The position numbers were made by a program, and so were the translations under genes. The notes beneath the pieces were generated by a model, which was given only the letters and a program-made list of their open reading frames with translations, was not told where the DNA came from and did not search any database. 64,000 nt of DNA from Vicugna vicugna (taxonomy: Eukaryota): NCBI GenBank assembly GCA_013265495.1, contig MU057632.1, positions 1,100,054-1,164,053 of the forward strand, read 5' to 3'. Positions within the stretch are counted from its first letter, which is position 1; every line of letters starts with the position of its first letter. Shown here piece after piece: positions 37,183 through 49,323 of this stretch.

Positions 37183-39322
37183 TTTTTTTTTTTTTTTTTT
37201 GATCCATCTAAGCTCATACCATCCAATCGCTGCTGTCCTGAGGCAGCTAACAGGTCTGGGATTCTGTCCTAGAACTCACCCTCCTCGCTGAAGAGCCCTC
37301 CCTCCCCACAAGCCCTGAGACAGACAACGGAGAGGTGTGATGGCCCCGGTGTGCACTGTGCCTTCCCTTCTAGGTTGGACCCTGTCAGGCAGCAGCCCGT
37401 GTTTTCCACCGGCTGCTGGAGGCCCCGTCCACCTGCTGTCTGCAGCCGACACCACAAGGAACGGGAGCCAACCTGTGCATCCCTGGCCAGCTGAAGAGGT
37501 GTCCTGGACAGGCAGCAGGGGCTGGAACCCGTGCGGACAGACGGACTGACAACCAGACAGACAGACAGCAGCACCAGCAGACACCAGCCATAACTTCCAG
37601 GCTCAGAAGAGGGGAAGCCTGTCACGCCAGGGACACTGCTCTGCCAGGGCTGGGCAGCAGGTTCACCAGGGCTCTGCGCCCTCCAGTCGGCGGGCTGAGA
37701 GTCTTGGTTTTTTTGGACAAGAAGGAGCGGAGAATTCAGAAACCTGCTGCTTTCTATAGAACCAGATCAGCTCTGGCCTTCTAAGTTCCCAGCCCCTGTC
37801 GGAGTCTACGATAAAAGGGCAGGGATGACTAGATCTCTATGCTTGTGCTGTGACCTGGCCCCCACATCTCTCCCTCAATACGCCCGGCTCCCATCTGGGT
37901 GGCAGCTGCACTGGGGGAAACCCAGCAGTCTGGGGATGCAGCCTCCCTCCACCCCTCTCCTGAGCAGCTCTGCTGCGTGGAGGGGAAGCGGAAGAAACCT
38001 TCCCTTCCTTGGCAGCATCCTCTCTCCAGGAGGCGCTCCTAGGGGGCGGGGTGTGCTCTGGGCGGGGGGGCCACACCTTGGCTGCCCCTTCTTTGCGCTC
38101 AGCTGACTCCAGATGCAACAGGTCCCCTCTGGCCCTTCACACTGATCTTCTGCCCCCAGATACACCTTCTGGCTTGAATGGAGGTGGGGGGCATCCCCAG
38201 GAATCAGTCCCAAATTGGGGTCTCTCAATTCCCTTACCCCCAGGATAAAAACTTTCCAGACTACAGGGAGAGCTCTCAAGGGAAGGCGGGGCTGAAGTCC
38301 CCTCCCGGTCCACCCTAGGGTGATGGGAAGGAGGTGCTGGATGCCAGCACTTTGTAAGCGGGTTTTGCCTCACACTCAGATAAGCAGCAGCACGAGGAGG
38401 GTCACACATACCTGTACCATCGGCAGTTGGCCCCATCCCCTCCCAGACCCAGGAAGACGGGGTCCTGCACAGAGCTTCCCTGAAGGGCTGATGGGCTTTA
38501 AAGAAGGGGGGATGTGTGCAAATATTCAGCTCCCTATGGGACCGCTTCCCCCAGGAACTGAACAAGCCCCAGAAGCCAGTAAAGAGGAACCTCTATTTTA
38601 TTCAGGCCAGAGTCCCCATCAGCTTCTCCCATTATTAAAAACTTTACGCGGCCCACGGCATCATATGTGGGGAAGAAACTGTGTCTTCACACAGGTATTC
38701 TGTGTGGAAGACTGTGAATCAGAGGTTAAAGAGAAGCCAGGGAGGCAGGTTACCAAAGAGGGCAGATGCCCCCCAAAAGAACCAATCTTGATCTAAGAGA
38801 TGAATGAGTAGCAAAACCAACAGTCCAAATAAGCTTTTTTCTTAGGTGGATACTGGCACCCTTCGCGGGGGTAACCCCAACCTGCTCAACAACTCCAAGG
38901 GAAGAAGAGGAGCGTTCTCAGGGCTCTCCATCCCACCTCCCCTTCCTTCCGCCCAGCCCCTGCCCCTCACCTGCTCCCACTCCAGGGCCCTGCCTTCCAC
39001 TTGGGTGGAACCGGCTCTCCTCAGCCTCTGCATATCCCACCCCCGGGGGCCCCGTGCACCCAGTCTCCCCTGAGCCTCAGTCTCCAGCCATCCTCTCCAC
39101 GCTCCTCGGCTCAGGGCTCGGCTCGGCGGCATCCCCTCCTTCCACCTGGCCCCTGACCCTCCTCCGGTCCCAGCCCCGCGCCCCGGCCCCCGGGCGGGCG
39201 TCTCCGCCCGCACCCCTGCACCCTGGCCCGCCCCTCCCCCACGCTCAGCCCGGAGGATGGGGCGAGCCAGCTGGGAATGCACCGATGGAGGATGGAGGCA
39301 CGGCCGGCCGGGGCGGGCTTAC

Positions 39323-39486
39323 TTGAGCATGGCTTCTTCTTTTTCCTCCTCCTCCTTCTGCCGGTCCATCACTGCCATGATGATGCTCCTCTCCTCCTCG
39401 GTCAGGTGGCTCAGGTCGGGCAGCTCGGGCATGGGGGGAGGCACCGTGGGTGGGCGAGGACCGCGAGGCCCCACGGCCGAAGACAT
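39323..39486 (-). CDS. RIMS1: RIMS1 (RIM1alpha) coding exon 1, N-terminal Rab3-binding helix region
   Basis: Manual translation of the minus strand from ATG at 39486 gives MSSAVGPRGPRPPTVPPPMPELPDLSHLTEEERSIIMAVMDRQKEEEEKEEAML(K). This matches the recalled human RIM1 N-terminus except at two residues. The exon ends AA|GTAAG (donor GT at 39322-39321), 164 coding nt, phase 2. It is absent from the ORF track as its own entry. Confidence 0.97.
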
Positions 39487-39572
39487 CTTCGTGGCCTGCC
39501 AGCCCCTCGCTGGCCCTCGGGCTCGGGCTCACCTCTCGGGTCCACGCCCGGCAGCTGCGCCCCCGCTTCCCG

Positions 39573-39653
39573 TCACAGCGCAGCCCTCCCGGAGGCGGCG
39601 GCGGCGGCGGCGGCGGCGGGGGAGCCGGGGAGAGCGCCAGCCCGGGCTCGCAT
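39573..39653 (-). CDS. Putative uORF in the RIMS1 leader, 26 aa MRARAGALPGSPAAAAAAAASGRAAL
   Basis: ATG in context AAGCACC-ATG-C (A at -3), TGA at 39575-39573, ending 86 nt before the main ATG. Translation is unproven. Confidence 0.5.
   Translation of the reverse strand: MRARAGALPGSPAAAAAAAASGRAAL
39594..39617 (-). repeat. (GCC)8 trinucleotide repeat in the RIMS1 5' leader
   Basis: Eight perfect GGC units on the plus strand. Confidence 0.95.
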
Positions 39654-41559
39654 GGTGCTTCGCCTCCACCCAGCCCCGGATGCGATGCTGCCTTTGTTTT
39701 GGCGGCCCCGGCGAGGCTCGGGCGGCCCAGCAGCCTCCCGCAGCCAGGCTCGCGGGCCGGGGGCGGGGCCGGGGCCGCTTGGCCACCGAGGCTGCTCCGG
39801 GGCTGGCGAGGGCGAGGTGGGGTGGCGGTGAGGCGGAGTCTCCGCGGCTCCCTCCCGGGTGATGCCGCGGCTCTCGCAGACACAGCCGCCAGCACCCAGC
39901 CCCGGAGCCGCTCCACCCACCAGCACCCACCCGCCCCCTCCCCGGGTCCCAGCCCCGCGCGCCCGGCCGCTCCCCCCGCGCTCGCCGACGTGCGCGCCAC
40001 ATCGCTCCGGCCCAGGGTACCCCTCACCCGTGAGTCATCCTCCCTCTCCCGCTGCCTCGTCTCCGGCAGGCATTCTCCCCAGCCCTGCTTTTCCCTGGGA
40101 TGCATTAATCATCATCATCATCCTCGCGACCATCTTCATCCTGGAGCAGTCATATTATGTGAGCGCCCACAGTGTTCTGAATAGGAAGAAACACCCGCTG
40201 CAAGCATTTTTTTCCCTCCCTTCTACCACATCTTTCTCATTTACTAGTCGAGTGTTCATAGGCACCACGGTGTGATTTTTAAGATAAATTTGATACACAC
40301 ACCCCTCCAACAGCCCAGATTTTCTAGGTTCATTGCATGCAGTGCTTTTCTTGACCCATTCTCAGTAGAGCTGTTCTGCAATTTATCCGAATCGCACCCC
40401 CTCCCCGATGCCCCACGCCAAGGCAACTCTTTAATTTGTCCTTTTAGGCTCTAGGTAGCCCATTCCATCGCATAACCGCACTTCGCTGGTGCTTGCAAAT
40501 GGATTATCTACTCTAATTCCTCTAATGATGCTCACTGTCGTCACGTACTCACTTCTTTGCTTCTGTAGGTACTTCTCAAGAAACACCGATCCCAGATAAG
40601 AAAAACATCCCAGCTCAGCCTATTGTAAGAAGCTTCTGCTCAATGCCCGGCCCAATGATAAGCATTAAGGATGAGCTTCTCTTGTTGATAAAGGCAAAAT
40701 TAAACAGTGATTTCAAAATAGTTAATGTTACTATTTGAACCTGGAGACTGAATTTTGTTAAGATATTTATAAAAGAATCAATAGAAGAGTTCAAGCTGAA
40801 CAATTTTTCTTAGCAATGGTGATGGGAGAATTGATAGGTTACTCTCCTGCAGAATCCTTTCTATAATTCCAGAAGGGACCTAGCACTAATATTTTTTTTT
40901 CCTCCAAGTGTAACTTTGTTAATAGAGAAGAAGATGAGGATATTTACAAATCCTAAAAAATCCTAAAATCTTCAACTTTAAAAAAACGTTAGAGTTTAAT
41001 GACTTGATCTCCCACTGAATGCAAGTGTTGCTTTACATGGACACACCCATTTGGATAATCTCAGTAATAATCTCACTACCTCTTAATTTTATCCCTATGT
41101 CTAAATCCCTCTTATACCCTAAGATCTTTCAACTATTTGAGACGGCCTTCAATCCGTCTACAGTTTTATCCAGAGTAAACCTTCCCAGTTTATCCAACCA
41201 GCACCAATGTTGCATGATTTCAAAGTCTGGCCGTTCTGGTTACCTGCCTTTGGACACACTCGGTATTTTTTCATTAAGAACAATGTCTGGCACTTAGTAA
41301 GTGCTTTGTAATTATTATTTTTATTTGCACAACTTAACCTCGGTCTAGCTTTTCGGTAGCCATGTCACTTATGAAGATATCGCTGAAATAAATACATAGT
41401 CCACTAAAGTTTCCAGTCCTTTTTTTATAAGTGCTGCTGCCTTGCCAGAATTCCTCTTTCCTCTAATTAAGCATTTGATTAAAAACACTCTAATCAGCAT
41501 CTTCTCTTCATTAAAAATAAATGGTACTTATTTCTCTTAGACAAGCATATATTCAGGAG

Positions 41560-41740
41560 GGGTAAAACGAGTTTGAATCCTGGCTCTACCAGTGATCTGA
41601 TGCTCTTGGCCAAATCCACCTCTCCTCGCTGAACCTCTGTTTCTTCATCTGCAAAAGGGGGTAAAGATGTTTTCCTCAAAATAGAAGAGGGCTATTAAAT
41701 GAGGAGACATATTTGAAGCATCTAGCTATGTGCCTAACAC
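41560..41740 (+). mobile_element. MIR
   Basis: gtttgaatcctggctctacc...ctctgtttcttcatctgcaaaagggg...attaaatgag. Confidence 0.78.
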
Positions 41741-42036
41741 TTTCCAGTTCTCTGTTTCTTATTCCTTGCTCTCTCTAAGAGACGTATTAGGCCATCACTC
41801 CATGATTCATTCACAGAGGGGAGTAGAGATGTAGCTGATACATTGATTCTATCAAATGCCTTTATCTCTGCAGGTCAGTGTAGGGATGCAAGGCCTTTAT
41901 CCTCAAAAATTTACAATCAACTTGGTCCTTATGAAATTCTTCTGAGATACAAATAAAAGAATAAGTCTTCAGTAGATATTAGAACTACATGAATAAAGTT
42001 CTTGAAGGCAGGGGCCTAGTGAGCAATTAATAGGGT

Positions 42037-42424
42037 TGTTTTCATCTGCTAGGGCTGCTGCCCCAAAGTCCCTCAGTCTGGGTGGCTTAACAACAGAAAT
42101 TTATTTTCTCATGGTTCTGGAGGCTAGAAACCCACAGTCAAGGTGCTGGCAGGATTAATTTTTCCCGAGGCTTCTCTCCTTGGCCACCCTCTTGCTGTGT
42201 CCTCACATGGCCTTCTCTCTGAGCATACCCATCCCTGGTATTGCTCCCTCTACTCACAAGGACATCATGCCTGTTGGGTTAAGACCCTACCCTAATGACC
42301 TCATTTAATCTTAATCACTTCTTTGAAGGTCCTACTTCCAAATATAGTCACATTCTAAGGTACTAAGGATTAGGCCTTTAATATACGAATTTTGGTGAGG
42401 GGGAGGGGAATTCAGTCCATTACA
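42037..42424 (-). mobile_element. MLT1-type MaLR solo LTR
   Basis: ctgggtggcttaacaacagaaatttattttctcatggttctggaggctag...aattcagtccattaca. Confidence 0.88.
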
Positions 42425-43431
42425 AGTGGATTCCATTTATTAGAATTACTTTGGAAAGAGGTGACTGAAGTGTATTATCTAGATGATTGAATGAAAAGAA
42501 GTCTGGTCTCAATCATCTTTATGTTCATAACTCCTTCCTTGCTGCTCGGTAAGTATTTGTAAAATCAGTGAGTGAATCAGTGGATGAAGGCGTGAACAAG
42601 TTGGCCAGTCAATTAGTAGGTGCCAGGATGTATCCATTGGTGTCTCCCATTCTGCCAGAAATCTCATCCTTCACGGAGGGGTTCAAATCCAAGGAAAGTG
42701 TACTTCTACAAATTTTCCTCTAGAGAAACAATTTATCTACACTTAGATAAGCAAGCCAACACCCAAAGTTGGCCTACCAACATGCTTGGCACAGGTGATC
42801 AGTTCCTGAAGATGCTGTACCAAAAATGTCCAATAAACTTAGATTTAGAGCACACGTCCCTCTTAGAAATTCACAAGGCATCTTTACAAATAAAAAATAC
42901 TGAGAAACAATTATTTACTGCAGTAATGAAGTCGGTTTTACTTGGTCTGGCAGGCATTTCCCAAATGTATTTGGACTATAATAGAACTACACACTTGCCC
43001 CCATCACCTCCCCATGGAGAAAATATGCTGTAGACAAGCCTTGGGGAAAATCCTGACTTACAAGTGTGGTACCCAGAGATGTTATCAAGAGAGACCATGA
43101 AACTTTTCATGGGATACTCCTCGCCCAACCAACGATGCCTGTAGAAAATGTCTTAAATCTCTCTTTGAAAGATGTGTATCAGATGCCCTTCATGTCAACA
43201 CTGATGTTATGTTCAGTACTAGTCAGAAATGATGACTTAGACAAAGATCCTATAAGGTAAGTTTCTTAACTCTTCTTTCCACAGATACTTTCCAATCATT
43301 CCTCAAAATTAAGACGAAAATTGGACATCACTGTTAACTACTAATTAACTTAATAGCTACGATTATCACTTCAAACTGGAAAATCATTGAAATGGGGTCA
43401 AGTTCAAATCCTTACTCTATGATGTGACAGA

Positions 43432-43899
43432 TGTAGTGGGTTTAATACTGTCTCTTCCCCCAAGCTTCATGTCTACTCAGAACCTCAGAATGTTACGGTA
43501 TTTGGAAATGGCTTTTTACCATGAAATTAGTTAATGTGAGATCAGATTCTATTAGGATGGGTGCTAAATCCAGTGACTAGCATCCTTATGAGAGAGGAGA
43601 AGGCACAGACACATAGAAGAAGGCCATAGGGAGACACGGAGAGACACAAACAGAAGGCATTGTGGGAACAGAGGCAGAGGAGGGAGTGACGCTGGACCCA
43701 GACCAAGGGACCCTGGGAGCCACCAGACTCAGAAGAGGCAGGACGAATTCTCCTCTGGAGATGTCAGAGGAGCATGGTCCTGTCAACACCTGAATTTTGG
43801 ACTTTTAGCCTCTGCAGCTGTGAGAGACTAAATTTCTGTTGTTTCCAGCAGCAGTGCAGTGTGGATACCTTGTCACACAAGCCTTAGAAAACTAATGCA
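43432..43899 (+). mobile_element. MLT1C/D-like MaLR solo LTR
   Basis: tgtagtggg...gaacctcagaatgttacggtatttggaaat...aaatttctgttgttt...gaaaactaatgca. Confidence 0.88.
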
Positions 43900-44059
43900 A
43901 TATTTACATGAGTTTAGGTGAAGGCAGCCTCCCTGAGCCTTATCTGTTCATCTGCAAAATGGAAATAACAAGATCTGCCTTCCAGGGTTTTGATAAGGTT
44001 GAAAGCTTAGTGCTGGGGTGATGGGAGGGAACGATGCATATAATAAGGTAATGATCCTG

Positions 44060-44232
44060 GAGAGGGGTGGAAAGTATGACCTGTGAGTCAAACACAGCCC
44101 AAAGCCTGTTTTTGTGAATAAAGTTTTATTGGAACACAGTCAGTCATAAACACTGATTTGTGTACAACTTAGAGCTGCCTTCATGCTGCCATGGTTGAGG
44201 AGAACAAACAGAGACCATTCTGCCAACCCTAA
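44060..44232 (+). mobile_element. MER58A-like hAT-Charlie MITE
   Basis: gcctgtttttgtgaataaagttttattggaacacag core. A second MER58-like copy lies at about 63530-63745. Confidence 0.75.
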
Positions 44233-44844
44233 AACATTTACTCTCTGCCTCGTCACAGGAAAAGGGGTGTCACCCTTGGCTCCAGGGTCTCACAGTGATG
44301 TTGGAGGAAAGAGGTATAAACAGAGAAACACACAAGATTCTTCTGCAGTGGGAAGGCACCCTCTGGTTGGAGGACATTAAAGCGGCTAGGACTGTGTGGT
44401 GTAGCTGTAGTATGAGTGGAGAACAGTGGACACAGAGATGTGCTTGGCAAGTAGAACCTAAAACCTGCTGACAGGTGAGATGTGAGGGAATGATGACGAG
44501 AGGAAATCAGTGCCGATTCCTGTTTGGGCTCAGCAGTAATTCATTTCAGAGGTTAAGGACAAAGTACGAGTTAATTTCTACTCCAAGGAATAAGCAAGTA
44601 GCACTTTAGTGTTTTCAAGATTCTGCACAACTCAAGTTGTAATTATTTAAGGGTTTTTAATTTCTGGAAAATTTGGAAATAAATCAGGAAGATCTTCAAC
44701 AACTATTGAGGTGCTATCTTGCCTAGCCAGTGAATTACAATCATAGAGCTTTGATTTCAGTTACCACCACATCCACCTATATATTATTCACTGCCGTTTT
44801 CATGGGCACTGCCATGACCTGTTGCACAAGAATGGTTTACATAC

Positions 44845-44974
44845 AAGGTGACCATATTTCCTGGTTAATCCAGAGCCATCTGAGTTTGTGCCTGTTGTAC
44901 TGACATTATTATCAATAGCAACTCCTTTCACTTATAAGTGTCCTAGTTTGGATGACAAATTTTATGGTCACCCT
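44845..44974 (-). mobile_element. MER94-like hAT-Blackjack MITE
   Basis: TIRs aaggtgaccata ... tatggtcaccct. Confidence 0.85.
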
Positions 44975-47744
44975 ATTTAGGCATAGTTATAGTAACTTGC
45001 AAAAATAGCGTCTTTCTGGCTTCAAAGAACATTTGGCTCTCAAGTGATTTCATTCAAAGTATTTGGCTGAAACTGGATATCAGATTTTGGCTCACATTCA
45101 ACCAAATACCTACTTTAATTTGATTTTTGGGAAGGTTCCACTAGTATCATGTATTTTGGGAGGAATTTAACCTGTGGGGATGTCTTTGTCTTTGGACCTA
45201 GAAGAAGAGACATCATTCTGTTCTCTTCCTATGGGTCACGCCAATCTTGGATACACTTCTCCCAAGCAATCACTATTCTTAACTGTTCTTTCTTTGAGAT
45301 ATTTATTTTCAGTGCTTGTCTCCCTTTCAAAAATCAGAGTTCATGGCCTCTTCTGCTGAATTCTTCTGAAACCAATCATCTTCCATATTAGCCAAACATA
45401 GAATGCTTAATTGGTAATGTTTGAGAATGATTTCTCCACATTCTGTTCTCTTCCAATTTCTTCCTTTGCATTGAGTAACTTCTTGAGAATTCTTCAGTTC
45501 TGATTGTGTGTGGGGTGAAGAGTTTCCTTCTTAGGTGTCTGAACTATTTATTAGCTTTATTCTTCTAAGAGTGCCTTCTGAGAGTTTTTAGTGATTGGGT
45601 TGGAGTGCTAAGTCTCAACACCATCATCCCCTCTGGGCAAGTGAGATCCTCCTCCATTTATGATGATCAATCTCTTTACTAAAATGGATGATGAATTGAA
45701 TTGACTAAAAATAAATGTTAACTTTTACCTACCTACAAAACTAAAAACATCTTAAGTGGAAAATAGATTTGGAAAATAATTTCTAAGACTGGAACATTTT
45801 ATAGGCACTAAAAATTTAACAATTTGAAAAACACTTTTGCTAGATTCGGCATTTTTCAATTGTATTTTTGTTAAAATGATATTTTATTAAGTCAGAGTCC
45901 TCAACGATCAGGTTTCAACAAGCACGGCTTCCTAGAATGCTTTGACTTGATCCCAACTCCTGAGACTGTTTCCTGGTGAGCTCTTGCCTATTTTCCTATT
46001 TTCCACTCCCAGATCTGAGATGAACAATTCAACCCTGCTCAAGCCAGCCCTGGATAAGACACTTGCTTTGGTCCATGATGCTGCAGCCCCTGCAGGCAAG
46101 TGAGACACCTGAGAGAAGAATACTGGCACCTGACTCCTTATTCTGGCGCTAATGACCCCTACAGAATGAAAGAGGTCGAGTCATCTTCCTGAGCTTAAAT
46201 TTCCTTATGTGTAAAATGGAGACAGTTATATCTCCTTTGAATATCCCCAGCCACTTTATAATAGCAATAACACTCACTGAGCATGTGATGTGTTCCTGTC
46301 TGGGGCCGAATGTTCTTACATGCTTTATCACATTTACTCCTGTCACCAGTAGGCAGGTACTATGACCACCTTTGGGGCACGATTTAGCATGACTCATGTA
46401 GATCATGGTCCTTTCTCATTTTCTATGTGCCTCAAGATCAGACGTCGAGCTAGCATTTCCCCTGATCTCTCGAGTGCGTGTTCCAGAATACTATTCTCCC
46501 TCCAACTTGTAACATTTCTTCTTTGGCTTATGCCACACCCTCCTTTCTCTTATGGATATTCTACCAGCCTCTTGATCACTCACTCTCGTTTACTTAAGAC
46601 TTTAGAGCCCACCCTCTTCCTTTCCACCTGCGATCTGTGTTCACGGAGAATGTCTTCAGCTTCCCCGGAATGACTCACCCAATATAACTCAACTTCTCCA
46701 CATCCCAGTCTTCTCCAATCCACTCCATTCAGCATCCATTTCCATGGCCACTCTGTAAACTCCAGATACCCACAAAATATATCAGCATTTCCAATCTCTC
46801 CTCATTGATGACAACTGTCACCATCCCTGCATCTCCTTGGCAATTTGGAGACCTATCATCAACTGGCACCTTCTTCTCTCTCTTTTTGTTTCCATTTTAG
46901 CCTGACTTTAGTTTTACTTATCTTCATTTTAAGCTGTTATTCTATAATTTCTTCCTAAATAATCTAAGACTCAGATTTCCCCCAGCCACATTGTTGTCTC
47001 CCTCTCGCATATTGGGCAGAACATGATGACTTCTGTACACTTTCAGTCTCAATCCCTGGTGCCTGCCTCTCCCCTGGATGTCTCTTCACCTTCTCTCTAC
47101 CATGGCCAACTGCCCACTTCACTCAAGGTCAGTGGAACTCAGAGATTACAGAGCCTCAGCATCACGGTTACAATGCTCAAGAACCATTATAATGAAGGGG
47201 CAGCAAAGTCAGGGCTGTTGTCCCCTGGTTCTAACTCTTCCTTCCCTTCTCCACATGCACAGATTGTTCAGTGGGCTTATCAGTCTTCATCAAAATAATG
47301 GGAGGAGCCAAAGCAAATTGCCAAATATAAAGGAAGGAATTTAAATGTAATGGTATATATGATTTTATTTTACCTCAAGAAAAAAACTGTCAAGCACTTA
47401 AATTCTTCCCAGTTCATTTCCCCATGGGAGTATCCATGCCACTTCTAAGTGTATTGCCCTGCCCTTGGGTCTGCTTCACTCTGGTTCTTCTCTCCTTCAA
47501 AATGTAGCAGCTCAAACTTCCACTCACCTTTCTACAAGCTGAATTTTATCTCTACTTTTAGTCATCCCTGGTCATCCCAACCCCTACTCCTTCAACTTTA
47601 CATGTCCCAAGGAATCCAGGTAGATAGACCTTGTAATGCTTTGTGAAGTTAAAGAGTAACACATAATGTCTAAGTATCCTTTGGTTAAGGGTACTGGAAG
47701 GTCAGGATGCTAAAGAAAGTAGCAAACCTAAAAACATTCATCCA

Positions 47745-48191
47745 CCACACACACAGCTAAAATAAAAATCATGATAATACCAAATGCTGACAAAGATGCA
47801 GAGAAAATAGATCTCTCACACATTGCTGGTGGGAATGTAAAATGTTACAGTCACTTTGGAAAGTAGTTTGGCAGTTTCTTATTATAAAGCAAAACATAAA
47901 CTCATCATAAGACCCAACAATCACAGTCTTGAGCATTATTCCCAGAGAAATAAAAGCATATGTTCATACCAAAACCTGTATACAAATGTTTATGGCAGCT
48001 TTGTTAATAATAGAAAAAACTGGGACAAACCCAGAAGTCCTTCTCTGTGTGAATGGTTGAAGAAACTAGTACATCCACACCTGTGGAATATTAAGCAACA
48101 AAAAGGAGTTAAATATTTCCTTTTTTAAAACTAAAGTATAGTTGATTTACAATGTTGTGTCAGTTTCTGGTGTACAGCATAGTGATTCAGT

Positions 48192-48232
<41 letters not shown>

Positions 48233-48785
48233 TTGCTTTTATATTCTTTTCCATTATAGGTTATTATAAGATATTGAATATAGTTCCCTGTGCTATACAG
48301 TAGGACACTGTTGTTTATCTCTTTTGTATATAGTAGTGTGTATCTGCTAATCCCAAACTCTTAATTTATCCCTCCCCTACAGTCCCCAAAAGAATCGACT
48401 ATTGTGTACATGCAACAACTTGCGAGGATCTGAAGGGAATTATGGTGAGTGAAAAGAGATAATTCCGAAAGGTCACATGTGGTATGGTTCCATTTTATAA
48501 CATTCTAAAAATGATAAAATTATAGAGATGGAGAATAGTGTTAGTGGTTGCCACAGGATAAGGGATAAGGATGAGGGAGTAGGATGGTTACAAACTACAT
48601 GCACACACATCCACACAAGGATATGAATACATGTTAACAACATTGTACCAATGTCAGTTTCCTGGTTTTGATACTTTACCACAGTTATATAGTACGTCGC
48701 CACTGAGGGAGCTGGGTGATGGTGTGTGAGACACTACTGTTTTTGCAATCTTCTGTGATACTGTAAATATTTTGAAATAGAAGCT
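47745..48785 (+). mobile_element. Old L1MC-like 3' end with a younger antisense L1 3' end nested at about 48119-48385
   Basis: cattgctggtgggaatgtaaaatg...catgcaacaac. The nested piece carries (TA)17 at 48194-48227. Confidence 0.85.
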
Positions 48786-49176
48786 AGGAAAGCTGATGAC
48801 AACCTTTATCTCATTCCTTATTTATCTCAAATGGTGCTCTCTTCTGCATCTATTATCTCACTCTTACAAACTGGTGGCTTTAGCAATTGATCCTAGCTAC
48901 AGAGTTGGGGATAAGTTGCTGAAGCCAAGGGGTAAACTTCCTTTTACTTTGCCACCATGCATAGCATTACTTTGGCCACGGGGACCAGTTCAGGAGTTGG
49001 CATGTGATCCTTCAATGAGTAGATTCATTTTATGGAGTTACGTTGAAAAGAGTCCATCATCCTGTTCCGTGTTGGAACATACTTCATGCATACAATGTCT
49101 AAGTTATACATTTTATCTACTCTCTGCTTTAGTACTACATCATATGTAATGACTATAGTCTAGAGACAGTGATCCT

Positions 49177-49323
49177 GGTGGGGAAGGTATAGCTTAGGGA
49201 TAAAGTGTGTGCTTAGCATGCATGAGGTCCTGGGTTCAATCTCTAGTACATCCATCAAAAAAGTAAGTAAGTAAATAAATAAACCTAATTGCCTCCCCAC
49301 CAAACAAACAAACAAACAAAAGA
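49177..49323 (+). mobile_element. Vic-1-type SINE
   Basis: gtgcttagcatgcatgaggtcctgggttcaatc, aaacctaattgcctcccc and (CAAA)n tail. Near-TSD agacagtgatcc/agacaaggatcc. Confidence 0.9.

Larger units (their letters stand above)
1..39322 (-). other. RIMS1: RIMS1 intron 1 (partial, continues beyond the window's left edge)
   Basis: Begins at the canonical GTAAG donor. No further RIM1 coding sequence (CVVRDMAKP... or LHQQFESYK...) was recognised in the window. RIMS1 is known to have very long early introns. Confidence 0.85.
39040..40130. promoter_or_regulatory. RIMS1: CpG island, RIMS1 promoter and 5' UTR
   Basis: Very GC- and CpG-rich block in AT-rich surroundings, spanning the start codon. GC box GGGGCGGGGC at 39760-39769 and AP-1 consensus TGAGTCA at 40031-40037. 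The TSS cannot be fixed from sequence. Confidence 0.9.

Noticed and set aside
37225..37590. REST/NRSE site near this neuronal promoter
   Set aside because: Only isolated half-sites (GGACAG, CAGCACC) were found, without the canonical 2-bp spacing.
39323..39486. RIMS2 as the gene identity
   Set aside because: MSSAVGPRGPRPPTVPPP and EEAMLK are RIM1-specific. RIM2 as recalled reads MSAPVGPRG... and EQSVLK.
39245..40275. Long overlapping ORFs (286, 244, 201, 184, 157 and 138 aa) across the CpG island
   Set aside because: Expected from stop-codon scarcity in very GC-rich DNA. They are low-complexity Pro/Ala/Arg/Gly sequences, out of frame with or antisense to the real RIMS1 exon.
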